Program-made: the position numbers and the translations under genes
Source: Octopus sinensis
Taxonomy: Eukaryota
Length of the DNA: 64,000 nt
Assembly (NCBI RefSeq): GCF_006345805.1
Contig: NC_043016.1
Coordinates: forward strand, 5,890,001 to 5,954,000
Direction: 5' to 3'
In this document: positions 13,343 to 27,977 of the stretch, one piece after another
Layout of the letters: each line of letters starts with the position of its first letter
Position numbering within the stretch: the first letter of the stretch is position 1
The notes under the pieces: model-generated
What the model was told of the DNA's origin: nothing
Databases searched by the model: none
The model's input: the letters and a program-made list of their open reading frames with translations, nothing else

Positions 13343-14819
13343 CACATGCTAAATGAAATAATGAGCTGAAGAAAATATACTTACCCCCAACAAGTAATTC
13401 TTGGCCATGGGATCCGATTAAAGTCTTTGATAGGAACGGTGCAAAATCCACAAAGACCTCTCTGAGAAGTGGAGCAGACGATCCGAGGGCTCTCTCCAAG
13501 CGTTCAGTAAGTGAGCTTCCCTCGCTTGGTAATGGTAGGTTGTCAAACGTTGCTGGTATGTTTGCAGCAAGTTGTAGGTTTTCAGGTGGTTTTACTGCTG
13601 TGTCAGCCGAGACTGAAACACTGTTAGGTTGCTCATCAATTCTTATTGAAGATATGCATTCTTGTATTTCCGGATTTTCTTCATCATTTCTGCTCTCTCC
13701 TTCTTGCAGTAGATCTTTGCTCGTTTCGATTTTAGAGGTGTTATCAGGTTGATGTTGTCCATCTTCCGTTGTTGGAGATACCTCAATTTTTACATCAGTG
13801 ATGATAGTACTCGTAGTAGCCGTTTCCGCAGCTGTTGTTGTCGTCGTTTCGTTAACAACGGTACCGCTGTCAACAGCTGGTGTTGTAACCGTTGTAGCTG
13901 CAGTGTCTTCAGCAGAAGAGGTCGTTGCTTTTGGCTCTGAACTTGAGGAAACCGATGTCGAATCTACTGCAGCACCACTAACGCCTGTACTTTTAGTGGA
14001 GTCACCTGTCTCTTCAGCAGGTGGCTCTTCAATATTTCCAGCATCAGGTGCAGCTTTTGGTTTCACACTCTCATCTTTCTCTTCAGCTACAGGTGCCTTA
14101 TCATTATTGTCTTGGCTACCACTTGTAGGTTTACCATCTGCGCTCTCTGTTTTCAAATCTGGTTCTTTTGCAGTCTCATTTGTTTCCCTTTCAGGGGTAT
14201 CATTAGTTGAAGGATCGAGTTTTGTATTCTCGCTGTCTGCCTTAATTTCTTCAGTTTTATTTACAGCTGTCTTCGATGAATTCTCTGCAAAAATAGATAA
14301 TAAATAAATGAATAAATAAATAAATAAATTTGTTTCTTTTCTTTTTTAAATTTGTTTGCAAGTGTCATAAAGTGAAATAGTGTATTGGGAGGGTCATTAT
14401 GTCAGAAAAAGATACAAGCACTGGTTCTGTTTCTCTTCTAATATTATTAGTCAACTAAGGGTAGCAAGCTGTCAGAATTGTTATGAGTGTTATACAAAAT
14501 GCTTTTCTGAGCTCAAATTCTGCTACAGTTGACTTTGGCTTTCATTCTTATGGAGATGACAAAATAAGTCAACGATATAACTAACTCCCTCCCCTAAAAT
14601 TGTTAGCTTTATACCATTCAATGCTGTGAGGTGGCAAAATCATTTTTGACAGAAAGGGCATCCAGCTGGTTTTATACTCTACTGTAGATGAAACACCAAG
14701 CAACAGAAAGCATTGCTTCAGAAAATATAAACGTTAATATCCTCATTTTGATTAGTGTCAGGTGAAGGTGAAGAAAAGTAAGCAATCATGCACACATGAA
14801 CACAGATATATAATGTATA

Positions 14820-14850
<31 letters not shown>

Positions 14851-14857
14851 GTGTGTG

Positions 14858-14900
<43 letters not shown>

Positions 14901-15154
14901 TATGTGTGTGTATATATATATGTGTGTGTGTGTGTATATATATATATGTGTGTGTGTGTGTGTACATATATATATATGTATATAGCCACAGGAGTGGCTG
15001 GGTGGTAAGTAGCTGCTTACCAACCACGTGATTCTGGGTTCAATCCCACTGTGTAGCACCTTGGCTAAGTGTCTTCTACAATAGCTGCAGGCCAACAAAA
15101 ACCTTGTGAGTGGATTTGGTAGAGGGAAACTGAAAGAAGCTTATCATATATATA

Positions 15155-15230
<76 letters not shown>

Positions 15231-17007
15231 GTGTTTGTGTTTCTGTGTTTGACCCCCACCCCAAACCATTATTGACACAATGAATGACCCTTCTGAGATA
15301 CAACAATATCATCATCATCGTTTAACATCTGCTTTCCATGCTAGCATGGGTTGGACGATTTGACTGAGGGCTGGCGAACCAGATGGCTGCACCAGGCTCC
15401 AGTCTTGATTTGGCAGAGTTTCTACAGCTAGATGCCCTTCCTAATGCCAACCACTCAGAGAGTGTAGTGGGTGCTTTTACGTGCCATCGGTACTGGCAAC
15501 GACCTCGCTCGAATCTTTTACACATGCCACCGGAACAAATGCCAGTAAGGCGATGCTGGTAATGATAGGTGCCAGTAAGGCGATGCTTCCGTAAAATAAT
15601 GTTTTTTTCCGGATTAACCTCTACTTTGACACAAACTTTAAAACTAAAGCTTTCGCATGCTATATACTATATAGTTGTGGTTTTTGTATATGATGTTCAA
15701 GTCCTGCCTAGACATCTCACACAACCACTGCACTGACGATCTCAAGGGGTCTACCTCAATATTTCATCTGCATGTTTACACATACCACATTAAAACAAAT
15801 GATCATTTAATGAATAAAGTTATGAACTCATCTAACATATAACAGACAGCAAACTAACCAGTGTACATATTTATGCAAAGGATTACTAGTTGCACAACCA
15901 GCAAAATAGGCTATTATGCCAGTCCTGGCAACGTAGCCTATTCGAATACTCTTGTCTCCCGTTAATATACAAATACAAATGATAGACATATCATTATATC
16001 ATATTAAATTTATCAAAAAATCCCCAAAATATTTCTAAAATACCTTTAAAATCTTTTTTATGTACTTGTTATTCCGAATTTTGTTAAATATCATCTATGT
16101 CAAGAGTTTATACACAAAACTTTGCAAAATAAAATTTGGGGGATCGTTAAATGGAATTTTTGTTAAACAAAATTTCCGTTAAATGAGAATTTGACTGTAT
16201 ATATATATATAATATAACATATTTTTCTAGGATGGCTCTACATAGATACCAGATCAAAATTTAGGAATACAGAAAAATAGCTTTCAGTTAACGCATTGAC
16301 ATTTGCACCACTAACAAACAGCCCAGCTTCAGAATTTTTCAGAATTTCTATAAATCCAAGGACAATGCAACATGTAGTCAGCACATTAGCAAAGAGTCAT
16401 ATTTTATCACAAAATATAAACCCCTTTTGAATGCGTCCACCACAAATGAGACTATTACGAGGGCCTTAGAATAATACCCATGCAAATATTAAAAACGATA
16501 TTTTCAGAACAGTCACTACCTATGAATTTATTCAGAACAATTCCAATCACTACTATTACAACCACAACAGGTCACTTTTAGGTCACTTTACTATTTAAGA
16601 AGACTCTACCAACAGCCTGCCAACTAGTCATACCACACCAGTATTTTTATTATTCTTTCTCTTCTTTTCCTACTCCTTCTTCTCGCCCCCTTCCTTGGTT
16701 ACTACTTCTGCTTAAACAATCAAAACCAAGAACTCATACCAAATATTCTTTTAGGACAGCTACTACATACTACCTACTACCAAGCCTTCACAAGAGAAAA
16801 AGTGAGACAGACAGAAAAAAGGAAAATGTCCTTTATATTTGAAAACTATGGAAATATTTTAAAAAAACATTTCATTTAATTTTACTGCAATTTAATTGTT
16901 TTTCCTGCTTTACTCTAAGTTGAAAAAGTCGCAAAGACTGTGATCGGTACTAAAATGTTCTTCATGATAAAATCATTTTAGCATTCTCTATCTTGTCTTA
17001 TTTTCCT

Positions 17008-17044
<37 letters not shown>

Positions 17045-19610
17045 AACTTCAACTTCAAAATGATAGAGAACAACTTTGCCATTCATCATTCTAGTCTTAG
17101 TAGAAGAAATCACCAATTAAAGAATGATATATTCAACAGTATTCTCTGTGTCTGTAGTAGGATTCATTACTGCTGTACTCTCAGTCAGTTATTTTTAACA
17201 ATATGTATTGAAGTAAGAATATGGATTAGCTTTGAAAATAGTATTGCTTATTCTACACAAGCTAAAAATGTTAGCTATACACATTTTCCCATGACAACAA
17301 TGAAAAGTGCTTAAGTCTTTTTAAAATCTTTTTTTTTTTTTAAGAATCCCAAGAGGAAGTCTAACTGAAGAATTTGTAATCTGGAATGTGGTTAGTCATT
17401 GATAGTAAATCTGTTAATCTGTGTCACGTCGCAGTAGTAGAATGTTTGGTGAACAGATACAGGGCTGGAGATTGATATTTTCATAGCTGCATCCCATGTT
17501 TTTTGGAAATGCATGCATACTTAAGCAACCCATTGATAGATGTGTATATACATACATATATACACATGTGTGTATCATATATATATATATGCACACATAG
17601 GCATAGAAGTGGCTGTGTCGTAAGTAGCTTGCTTACCAACCACATGGTTCCAGGTTCAGTCCCACTGCGTGGCACCTTGGGCAAGTGTCTTCTGCTATAG
17701 CCTCGGGCTGACCTAAGCCTTGTGCATGGATTTGGTAGATGGAAACTGAAAGAAGCCCATCGTATATGTGTGTGTGTGTGTGCAACCTCTTGATCAATGT
17801 CATCTACTCTAGCTACAAGTCAAACAAAACCTTGTGAATGGATCTGGTAGAAGGAAACTGAAACAGAGCCAATGTATATGTGTATGTGTGAGAGTGTGAG
17901 TGCGAGAGTGTAGCCTTGTCTTGACATCATGTAATGATTGTAAACAAACATCACAGTCAGACAAGCGACGTTGTTTGTTTCTAGTCTTGCATGAAAAACC
18001 CGTATGACCATTGGGAAAAAATTACCTTACAAACTTGGAAACAGTAGTTGTGATCCCTGTGCCGGTGGCACGTAAAAAGCACCATCCGAACATGGCCGAT
18101 GCCAGCAGCACCTTGACTGGCTTCCATGCCGGTGGCACGTAAAAAAGCACCAACCGATCGTAGCCATTGCCAGCCTTGCCTGGCACCTGTACCAGTGGCA
18201 CATAAAAAGCACCCACTACACTTGCGGAGTGGTTGGCGTTAGGAAGGGCATCCAGCTGTAGAAACACTGCCAGATCAGACTGGGCCTGGTGCAGCCTCCT
18301 GGCTTCTCAGACTCTGGTCGAACTGTCCAACCCATGCCAGCATCGAAAACGGACGTTAAACGATGATGATGATGATGATGAAACTTGGGAACCAGTGAAG
18401 ATTAGTGACAGGAAGAATATCCAGCCATAGAAGAAGACTGCTTCAATGAATTCCATCTGACCCATGCAAGCATGGAAAAGTGGACATCAATCAATAATGA
18501 TGAGGATAATGATGAAAAAGCCTAATCATTTCCAGATGTCTAATTTAAAAAAGATTTTAAGCATGCAGCAGAAGGATCTCAGTAGCAGATGGTGAAAAGG
18601 GAAGCTCACGAATTGCAATCCAACAATCCTGGTATAAGTGGACAACAGTGTATGGTTTTGTGATTGAGAAAAAGATCCCAGTACACTCTGTAAATGGTTG
18701 GCATTAACAAGGGTCATCCAGATGTAGAAACCATGCCAAAAAAGACATTGGAGCTTTAACGCAGTCCTTCAGTTCTTTCTCTTTTATACTCACCTTGTAC
18801 CATCATCTTTATCTCTATTTCCAGTTACTTCAACCTTTATATAACGGCAGGACAACCATGTATCTCCTCTATAGAAAAGACACCATGTCTGCTCTGCTGC
18901 TGTCATACTTTGGCCTCTCAACATCAAGTATAAAGCCCCTTCCTCTTCTCTACAACAATTACAGTAAATAAAGGGCTCACATTACTTTGCCATGTGAGTT
19001 ACTTGGCAACCCTCACTAGTACCAGTGTCACACAGAAAAAGAAAAAAAACTGTTGTATGATGCAGCCCCTTCCAATTCACAGGATCCCGTCAAGCCCCCT
19101 AATCCATGCAAGAATGAAAGACAGATGTTAAACAATGACAACAATGATAAGGTGGAGGATGAAGACTCACCAACAGGTTTACTTTCACTATTTGCTGTTA
19201 CATGGGCAGTAACAGAAATTTTCCCTTCAGTCTTAGATGCTGCTTCTTCGTCTTCATCATCTTTCATGGTAATAAATTCCTCGTCAGTCTCATTTCCTGA
19301 TAGTCAAAAAGAAAATAAATTAACAAAAATAAACTACTCTTCACAACTCAAACAATAAAATATAAAATCTCCTTTCAAAATACTTTTTCTTGCCATGATT
19401 CTTTCTAATTTTGGCACAATGCCATTAAGTTCAGGAGGAGGGGCATGCGAGTTTTAATTACAACAACCCCAAAACCTGACTGGTACTTTATTTTATCAAC
19501 CCTGAAAGGATGAAAGGCAAAGTTGATCTTGGCAGAATTTGAACATAAAAAGCGGGAAAAAAAGACAATAAGCATTTTGTCCAAGAATTCTGCTAGATCA
19601 CTGCCCTCAC

Positions 19611-19654
<44 letters not shown>

Positions 19655-19899
19655 TGATGATGATGATAATAACAACATATCTTTCTATGACAGTGATAGC
19701 CATTGGATGCCCTTGCTGTTGCCAACCCTAACCTGCTTCCAAGCAAAGCAATATTTCCACGTGGTTAGACATGCTCTTGCAGAATATTAGAAATGAACAA
19801 CACTGCTTGTATGACAGTGACAATCATTTACAGCTATCACGCAATGTCAAGACAAGGCGATACCAAATATATAGCATTCACACATATACACATATATAA

Positions 19900-19962
<63 letters not shown>

Positions 19963-22191
19963 TAATACACATATATAATACATATAGGTGCAGGAGTGGC
20001 TGTGTGGTAAGTAGCTTGCTAACCAACCACATGGTTCCGGGTTCAGTCCCTGTGTGGCATCTTGGGCAAGTGTCTTCTGCTATAGCCTTCGGGCCGACCA
20101 AAGCCTTGTGAGTGGATTTGGTAGACGGAAACTGAAAGAAGCCTGTCGGATATATGTATATATATATGTGTGTGTCTGTGTTTGTCCCCCAAGCATTGCT
20201 TGACAACCGATGCTGGTGTGTTTATGTCCCCATTACTTAGCGGTTCGGCAAAAGAGACCGATAGAGTAAGTACTGGGCTTACAAAGAATAAGTCCCGGGG
20301 TCGATTTGCTTGACTAAAGGCGGTTCTCCAGCACGGCCGCAGTCAAATGACTGAAACAAGTAAAAGAGTAAAAGAGTAAAGAGTATACAAGAGGCCTCCT
20401 TTAGGGTCCATCTACCAAATTCATTCACAAAAATCTGGTTGACCCAGGGCTAGAGTAGAAGGCACTTGCCCAAAACCCCAAGCAGTGGGATTGAACACAA
20501 CACCATGTGTTTTGGGAAACAAATTTTTTAAACACACAACCATGCCTGTGCCTCCAAAGCAATACTTTATGTGAAACAAATGCATCTTATATTGAGATTC
20601 TAGAGTGCAGTGTTTACGTATGATATGCATATTTCGTTCTCTTAATTTTTAAACTAAGTATCAGTGGGACTGTGCATTTAAGAAGTTTGCTTTCCAACTA
20701 CATTGTTTTGGAATCAGTCCCACCATATGGTACCTTGAGCAAATGTCTTTTACTATAGCCTCAGTTGATCAAAATCCTTGTGAATGGATTTGGTAAATGG
20801 GAACTAGAAGAAGCCTATTATGTGTGTGTGTGTAATGTAATATTTTATTCTCTGTCTAAAGAATTTCTAACAGGAAATTTTCTTTACATGTTTATCCAGC
20901 ATGTACAAATGAAACATGTGTAATGGTGAATAAATAGCAAAACATTTTCCAGATTCACATTATATATATATATTCAATGACACTTCTACTACTGTACATG
21001 CTGGGGTGAGAGTAACAGTAGGCAGTGGTGAGGGCAGTGGCAAAGACAGAGAGAGAGAGAGACACAAAGAAATTTAGTGAAAGTTGATGATGTGAGGGAT
21101 GTCATCGCAGAGTATACACGCAGCAAGTTTAGATGGGCTGGACACGTCGCCCGGCTCACCGATAATCGGTGGACCTGCACAGTTGTCGAGTGGTACCCGC
21201 ACGAGCAGAAACGACCACCCGGAAGGCCTCCACGACGGTGGAGTTACGATTTCAGGAGGACGATTGGGATCACGTGGATGAGAAAGGCGCAATCCAGAGA
21301 GGAGTGGACAGCGTGCTGTGACCAGCGGTGTCAAATGGATGTCCGACGGACTGGTCGGTCAAGGTGATCAAGGTGATATATATATATATGTATGTATATA
21401 TAAAGTTTGTATAAAAGTGTGTATATATGTTTATACGTATGTATGAGTGCATGAATATTTATGTCTCCTTGTCTTGACATCACATAACTGTTATACGACA
21501 TTCCTTTCCAATATTCTGGTGAAAATTGTCCAACAATGATGGAATATTACCTTACTTGGAAATAGGTGAGGTTAGTGACAGAAGTAGTAAATAGCTGTAG
21601 AAAATATGCCTAAAACTCCATCTGACCCATACAGGCATGAAAAAGTGGACGTTAAAACAATGATCATGATGCTAATAATAAATGGTAAGCATTATACAAA
21701 AGTGCAGATTATATATGAACAAATGTGGCACTTAAAACAGAAGCAAAAAATATTTCAAAATGAATTTCGAATGATAGCAAAAAACAAGCTGATGGATTTT
21801 AATTCAACTGAAAAAAAAAACAAAACATTGATTTTAAAAGATATATAATTGCAAATTTTAAGATTGTGAGAAGAGAAGATATTAAAAAGTAATATATAGA
21901 CACAAATGAAACTTAATTACAATAGCTTAAAAAAATATACATTTCAACGGAAAAAAAGCAATGCTGCAAAAGATATGTAATGGAATTTTTTGACAAGTAC
22001 GTAAAAAAAGCCGGCAACATCTTAGGTGAGGTGTGTGAGAGTACATCTGCGAAGAAGTTGGTGATAAAAATTAGCATTTCATGTCAGAGCTCCACAGTAT
22101 GAGATATCTATGAACACAAACTCTAGGCATGCATACATGAATACCCCTGCCACACACACATACACATATACATATCATACATGCATGTGAA

Positions 22192-22223
<32 letters not shown>

Positions 22224-22478
22224 CAGTGTGTGTATAGTTTACTCAAAGCAATATTTTTTTTTAAGATTTTACTATTCAATACAAATCTTGAGCTTTATAC
22301 TTTTTTTACTTAAAATCAATTTCTAAGATTATTTCAACATTGCACGTTCAGAGGATTGTAATGAATAAGTTCAAAATGTAAGTGCATCAATGTATGTATG
22401 TATCCATGTATATATGTATGTACGTATGTACATATGTATGTATGTATGTATGTATGCATACATGTATACATACATATA

Positions 22479-22516
<38 letters not shown>

Positions 22517-22561
22517 CATAAATATAATAGCATACATAAATATATATATATTATGAATACC

Positions 22562-22604
<43 letters not shown>

Positions 22605-24175
22605 CCACATAATCCAGTGAAACATTCTTGTTGCAAAGAAGTTTCGGTGGTTCCTAAGGACCCCAAATATTATTATGATCTTCAACATTATTCGTTTTGT
22701 TAAAATAAGAAGTTTTATTTCAATGTCCCAGTGCCGTTTGTATTTTGGAATATTTTGCTTTTAAAATATCATATATCTTACTCAGACACCTGAAACAAAT
22801 GTTCTCTTCTAATAGGCAATGGCATTCACTAAATTACTTGAAATCTTAAATCTTTTTATAGGAATAATTCTGTACACTCAGTAAAGTCACGGCACCAGGA
22901 AGGACATCCTGCGACAGAGATTATGCAAAAGCAGACACTGAAGTTCAACATATTTCTCCGACCTGTTACTATTCTTTCTTTAAGAAAATGTCCTAACACC
23001 TCATCTCCACTCACTCACTGTTCGACCGTGGTCGAGACAATGGAATTTACCATGCTAAGCCAGACTTCACGGTCCATCATGGCATTACGGAGGTCCTGTT
23101 GCTGGATGCCTGTATCCCTGGAGATTACATCAGGGTAGGAGAGTGTGTGCCCTCTGGTATCGCGAGCAGATAGCTTCCAGAAGAGAAGAGTAGAAATTAC
23201 CTCGTTTCCAGCTCTACAACAATGTCCAGCAAACTGGACTCTCCTACCTTTCACAAGAGATGACACAGGTGGTAGTTTCCCATATATTTGCATTTTGGTT
23301 GGATGGCGCTTCCACGAGAGATATTGAGCTCTCATAAGGAGGTGAGTGTAAATTCCATCCAACCGCCTCTCAAGCTTCTTTGATAACATCTCCACAGCCT
23401 TTCTCCCTTTCCCTATTTGACTAGCTTTGTATCTTCTCCACTGCCTCCCTTTCAACACCTTGAATGCAGTCAACTCCCTACATATGAAGCTCACACTATC
23501 TCCCCCCTGTCAAATTTACCCAGAAGAAGGAGTCTATATGTTGTACAAAATGATTTATTTTCCCTTTCTTCAACAATTTTTAAGTACTCTGTCACATTAC
23601 ATATATGTAGTCATAAGCCTGGGCATAAGATTAAGAAATTTGCTTCCCAACCATATGATTTCAGGTTCAGTCCCACAGTTCTACCTAGGGGCAGTGTCTT
23701 CTACCACAGCCACTGGCTGGCTAAACATTTCTAAATGGTTTTGATAAACAGAAATTCCATGTGAATTTGTGTATATTTATATCTCCTTGTTTTCATATCG
23801 GATATTGTAAATGAGTTTCAATGTCATACAAACATTGTTGTTCATTCCTGATATTTTCTGAAAAACCTGACTGGCCATGGACAAATATTACCTTGCAGGG
23901 AAACAGGTGAACGCTGGTGACGGGGGAAAAGATCTGGCCTTAGTAATTTTGCATCAATAAATTTCTTCTGGCTCGTAAAAGCATGGATAAATAGATAAAT
24001 AATAATGAAAATGGTTCCAACTTTACTTTACTCTGAAGGACTATCTAAAGTAGTGGATATTCCACTCCCCATTGCAATTTACTATGCTATTTCTGTTGCA
24101 ATATATATACATACACACACACATATATATATATATGTATGCAGATGTACATACATATGTGGTATATATATATGA

Positions 24176-24208
<33 letters not shown>

Positions 24209-27200
24209 ATATATGTACACAAACACACATATACACACACTGTATATACATACACAAAAACACATATGCACACACACACACACACACACACACTATATAT
24301 ATATATTCTTTTGGAAACCTTTCTGTTGTGATGAACCTTCATTAACAAGGGATGAATTAGCTCCAGCTGGGACGTGTCTTGCACCAATAGAACAGTCGCA
24401 CTCATTCCCTGTTGCCCCTTCATGACAGCATGTAAAAGATGTGAGATTATGCACCATTTTCTCGCCTCGCATTTGTGTTTCGCAGTTGCAGTTAACCATA
24501 TGTGCAAGCACACTACCGGCATCTTCTGTAGCACGTCGATCAACACATTCATATTTCATCATTTTAATGTTATCCTCATCCATATTTGATTCTGCTGGAC
24601 TCGTTCCCACAATTTCTCTAGCTCCAGAAGTCACTGATCCGAAATTCTCGACAGACACTGCGCTTGATGTTGAAATTGAACTTGTATCGTGCGTCACAAA
24701 AGACGTACGTTCAGACGTATTATACATGCTTATGAGCATTGGAACAGCTGGACGGCTTTTCTCCCATGTTTTTCCATCTGTTATAGCCAGTAAATACATA
24801 GAATAAAGCAAAAAAAAAAAAAGAGAGATCCACACACAAATCTTAACTTTTAGCACTGTAAAAGGTAAATATTACAAGAATACAATGTACCTGTAAGAGG
24901 TGTGATGCTCTATAGTTATGTAGGTGGATGTTAAAATACAAGACATGGATCTAAAATACACAACTACTGAATAGGATTCTTATGGAAATGATTAACAGTT
25001 ACTTGAGTAAAGTACAGCTCACTTTGCAGCCACCTGGTTCTGGGTTCAGTCCTACTGTGTGGCACCTTGGGTTTTAAGTCTTCTACTTTAAACTCTACAT
25101 CAACCAATGCCTTGAAAGTGATGAAAATACATGGAAGCATGTTTGTGTATGTATTTGTATACACACAAATATGTATGTATGTATGCATTTATGTATTTAT
25201 TTTTAGTATATATTTATTTTATTTTTATTTGGAAATCCTGTGGCCACAAACGCAAAATATAAGTTAGTCCTAGAGTGCACAAGGTTCCTAAAGGTCAACA
25301 ATGGTCTTTCTCGGTCACGAGTGGACGACCATCATGTATGTATGTATTTATGTATGCATGTATGTATATGTTGGTGTACCTTTGCTTTTGTCACCCCCAC
25401 CACTCAGCAACTAGTGTTGATCTATTTATGTAACTTAGTGGTTCAGCAAAAAAGAAACTGATAGAATAAATAACAGACTTTAAAAGACAACTAAGTATCG
25501 GTGGGGTCAATTTGGTCAACTAAATTCTTCTAGACAGTGACCTAGCATTGCTGCAGTCTAATGACTGAAACAAATAAAAGATATATACATGCATACATAC
25601 ATTACATACATACACACAGATATACATACATACATGTACTGATGCACACAAGTACATGATTATCTACATATATATATACTAATGTATATATTTGCATACA
25701 TACTTACACACATGTACATATACAGATGTAAGTGGCTCGGCTCTCTTTTGGCTATGGCAATATGTGTTCCAAATACAATTAACAGAACAGCCTACTTATG
25801 AAATTAGCATGCAAGTGGCTGAGTAGTCCACAGATGTGTGTACTTACAGTTCTCGAGGATATTCAGCATGGCACAGGATGTGACAAGGATGGCTCGTTGA
25901 ATTACGGGCACCACTCATTTTTACCAGCTGAATGGAGCAACAAGAAATAAGTGTCTTGCTCAAGAACATAATGCACATCGTGGAATTGAACTCACATCCT
26001 TATGATCTTGAGCTGAATACCCTAACCACATGCCTTCACAATACTCTAACCTCAAAGCCACACACCTTCACAATACTCAGCCCACTAAGCTACATGTTTT
26101 TACAGATGTATATACCTATTCCTTTACTACCCACAAGGGGCTAAACATAGAGGGGACAAACAAGGACAGACATAGGTATTAAGTCGATTACATTGACCCC
26201 AGTGCGTAACTGGTGCTTAATTTATCGACCCCGAAAAGATGAAAGGTAAAGTCGACCTCGGCGGAATTTGAACTCACAACGTAACGGCAGATGAAATACC
26301 GCAAAGCATTTCGCCCGGCGTGCTAACGATTCTGCCAGCTCGCTGCCGTTCAACAGATGTACTTACCTACATGCATACATACACTTGCATATGTGCATAC
26401 ATACATACACTTGCATATGTGCCATCATACCTACCTACATACATACACACACTTGCATATGTGCATACATATCTACATGCATACATAATGATAATACTTA
26501 TTCACTGTCAAGTCCTTTTCCCTTTACATTCTCGAACGAGCATTGCACTTCTGCAACGGGCATCATGGAGTTCTTCCTATATCAGTAGGCCCCCTCCACC
26601 TTCATTTGCATACAGCACCACACCTCAAACAATTTTCAAGAAATTAAAAACAATTCAACAAGAAAAAGAAGAAATGAATACATAATCAAAAAAGAAGAAA
26701 TTCTTGTCGTTATAATCAGATTATTAATTAAAACATTTAACAACAAAACAAACAGGACACATATGTACAAAATAGTTATATTTTGAGTCGTGAATTCAAT
26801 TACATAATTACAAATAGCAAAGTAAGGCCATTATTTGGTATTGGGGATGATTTGGTTAGCATGTGTGATGCGTTTATTAACTATTTTAGGTGCCTATGAA
26901 GTCATGAACATTTATATACATACATATATATATATATATAGGAGAAGAAAATGGATGTAATAACAATGGGAAACTCGTGGTTTTCGCTGGTGTGTCTTTA
27001 AATAGATAACAAAGAAGGGAGAAGCAGTGATGAGGGTAGCTTCTTCCTTCTATTTAAGACATACCAGGGAAAACCATGAGTTTCCCGTTGTTATTATATC
27101 CATTTTCTTCTCCTATATAACTTAAACTCCAGTTTACCAACCAAACCACCTGCTACCGTACAACCTTACAAAAGACTGTACCTACCCAGCGAATAGCCAG

Positions 27201-27270
27201 GAGCGACTCTGGATTTAATTATCCCTTAACTGATACCTACACTATATACATATATATACTCATAGCTATC

Positions 27271-27314
<44 letters not shown>

Positions 27315-27539
27315 CATTCATATATATGTACCAGAGTAAGCACATAAATGTGAAATAAGGTTGAAAAAATAGTACTTGAATACAATAGGTAGAGTAATAT
27401 GCTTTATTATTAAAGCTGCAAAGACATCAATAAAACTGTTACTCAGAGTTTCCCATTCCTGTTCGTCGGACAGTTTTCATTCAGAATGGAACAAAATACG
27501 GTTATACGCATGAATAAATATATAGTTACTTTAATAGAT

Positions 27540-27575
<36 letters not shown>

Positions 27576-27771
27576 TTACATACATACATACCCTTTCCTA
27601 ATATATGTGATTAATAAATCCTGGGTAAATTTCCAATTTACCTCCACCCATATTCAATTGCAATATTGCAATGCAATAGTAAGCACTTGGTTAAAAATAT
27701 GTAGCTACACATCAAGTGGTATATTGGATATTTAATATCCCTTTGATGGTTTCTTAACCTCTAACTCAGAC

Positions 27772-27806
<35 letters not shown>

Positions 27807-27869
27807 TATATATACATAAATGCATACTTATACATATGTACATATATATACATACACACGCACACATAT

Positions 27870-27902
<33 letters not shown>

Positions 27903-27905
27903 CAT

Positions 27906-27938
<33 letters not shown>

Positions 27939-27943
27939 TATAC

Positions 27944-27977
<34 letters not shown>

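Noticed and set aside
14718-15259. YI/HT/CV-repeat ORFs (also 833, 19793, 22334, 24041, 27761)
   Set aside because: Translations of (TA)n/(CA)n microsatellites
21940-22107. Possible alternative exon after TTTGTGTTCATAG
   Set aside because: Stops within about 12 codons in all three frames; no family similarity
26500-26623. Possible extra or poison exon ([15 protein letters not shown])
   Set aside because: Weak GAG acceptor, stops in all frames; would need TAG editing or NMD coupling, with no support from sequence alone
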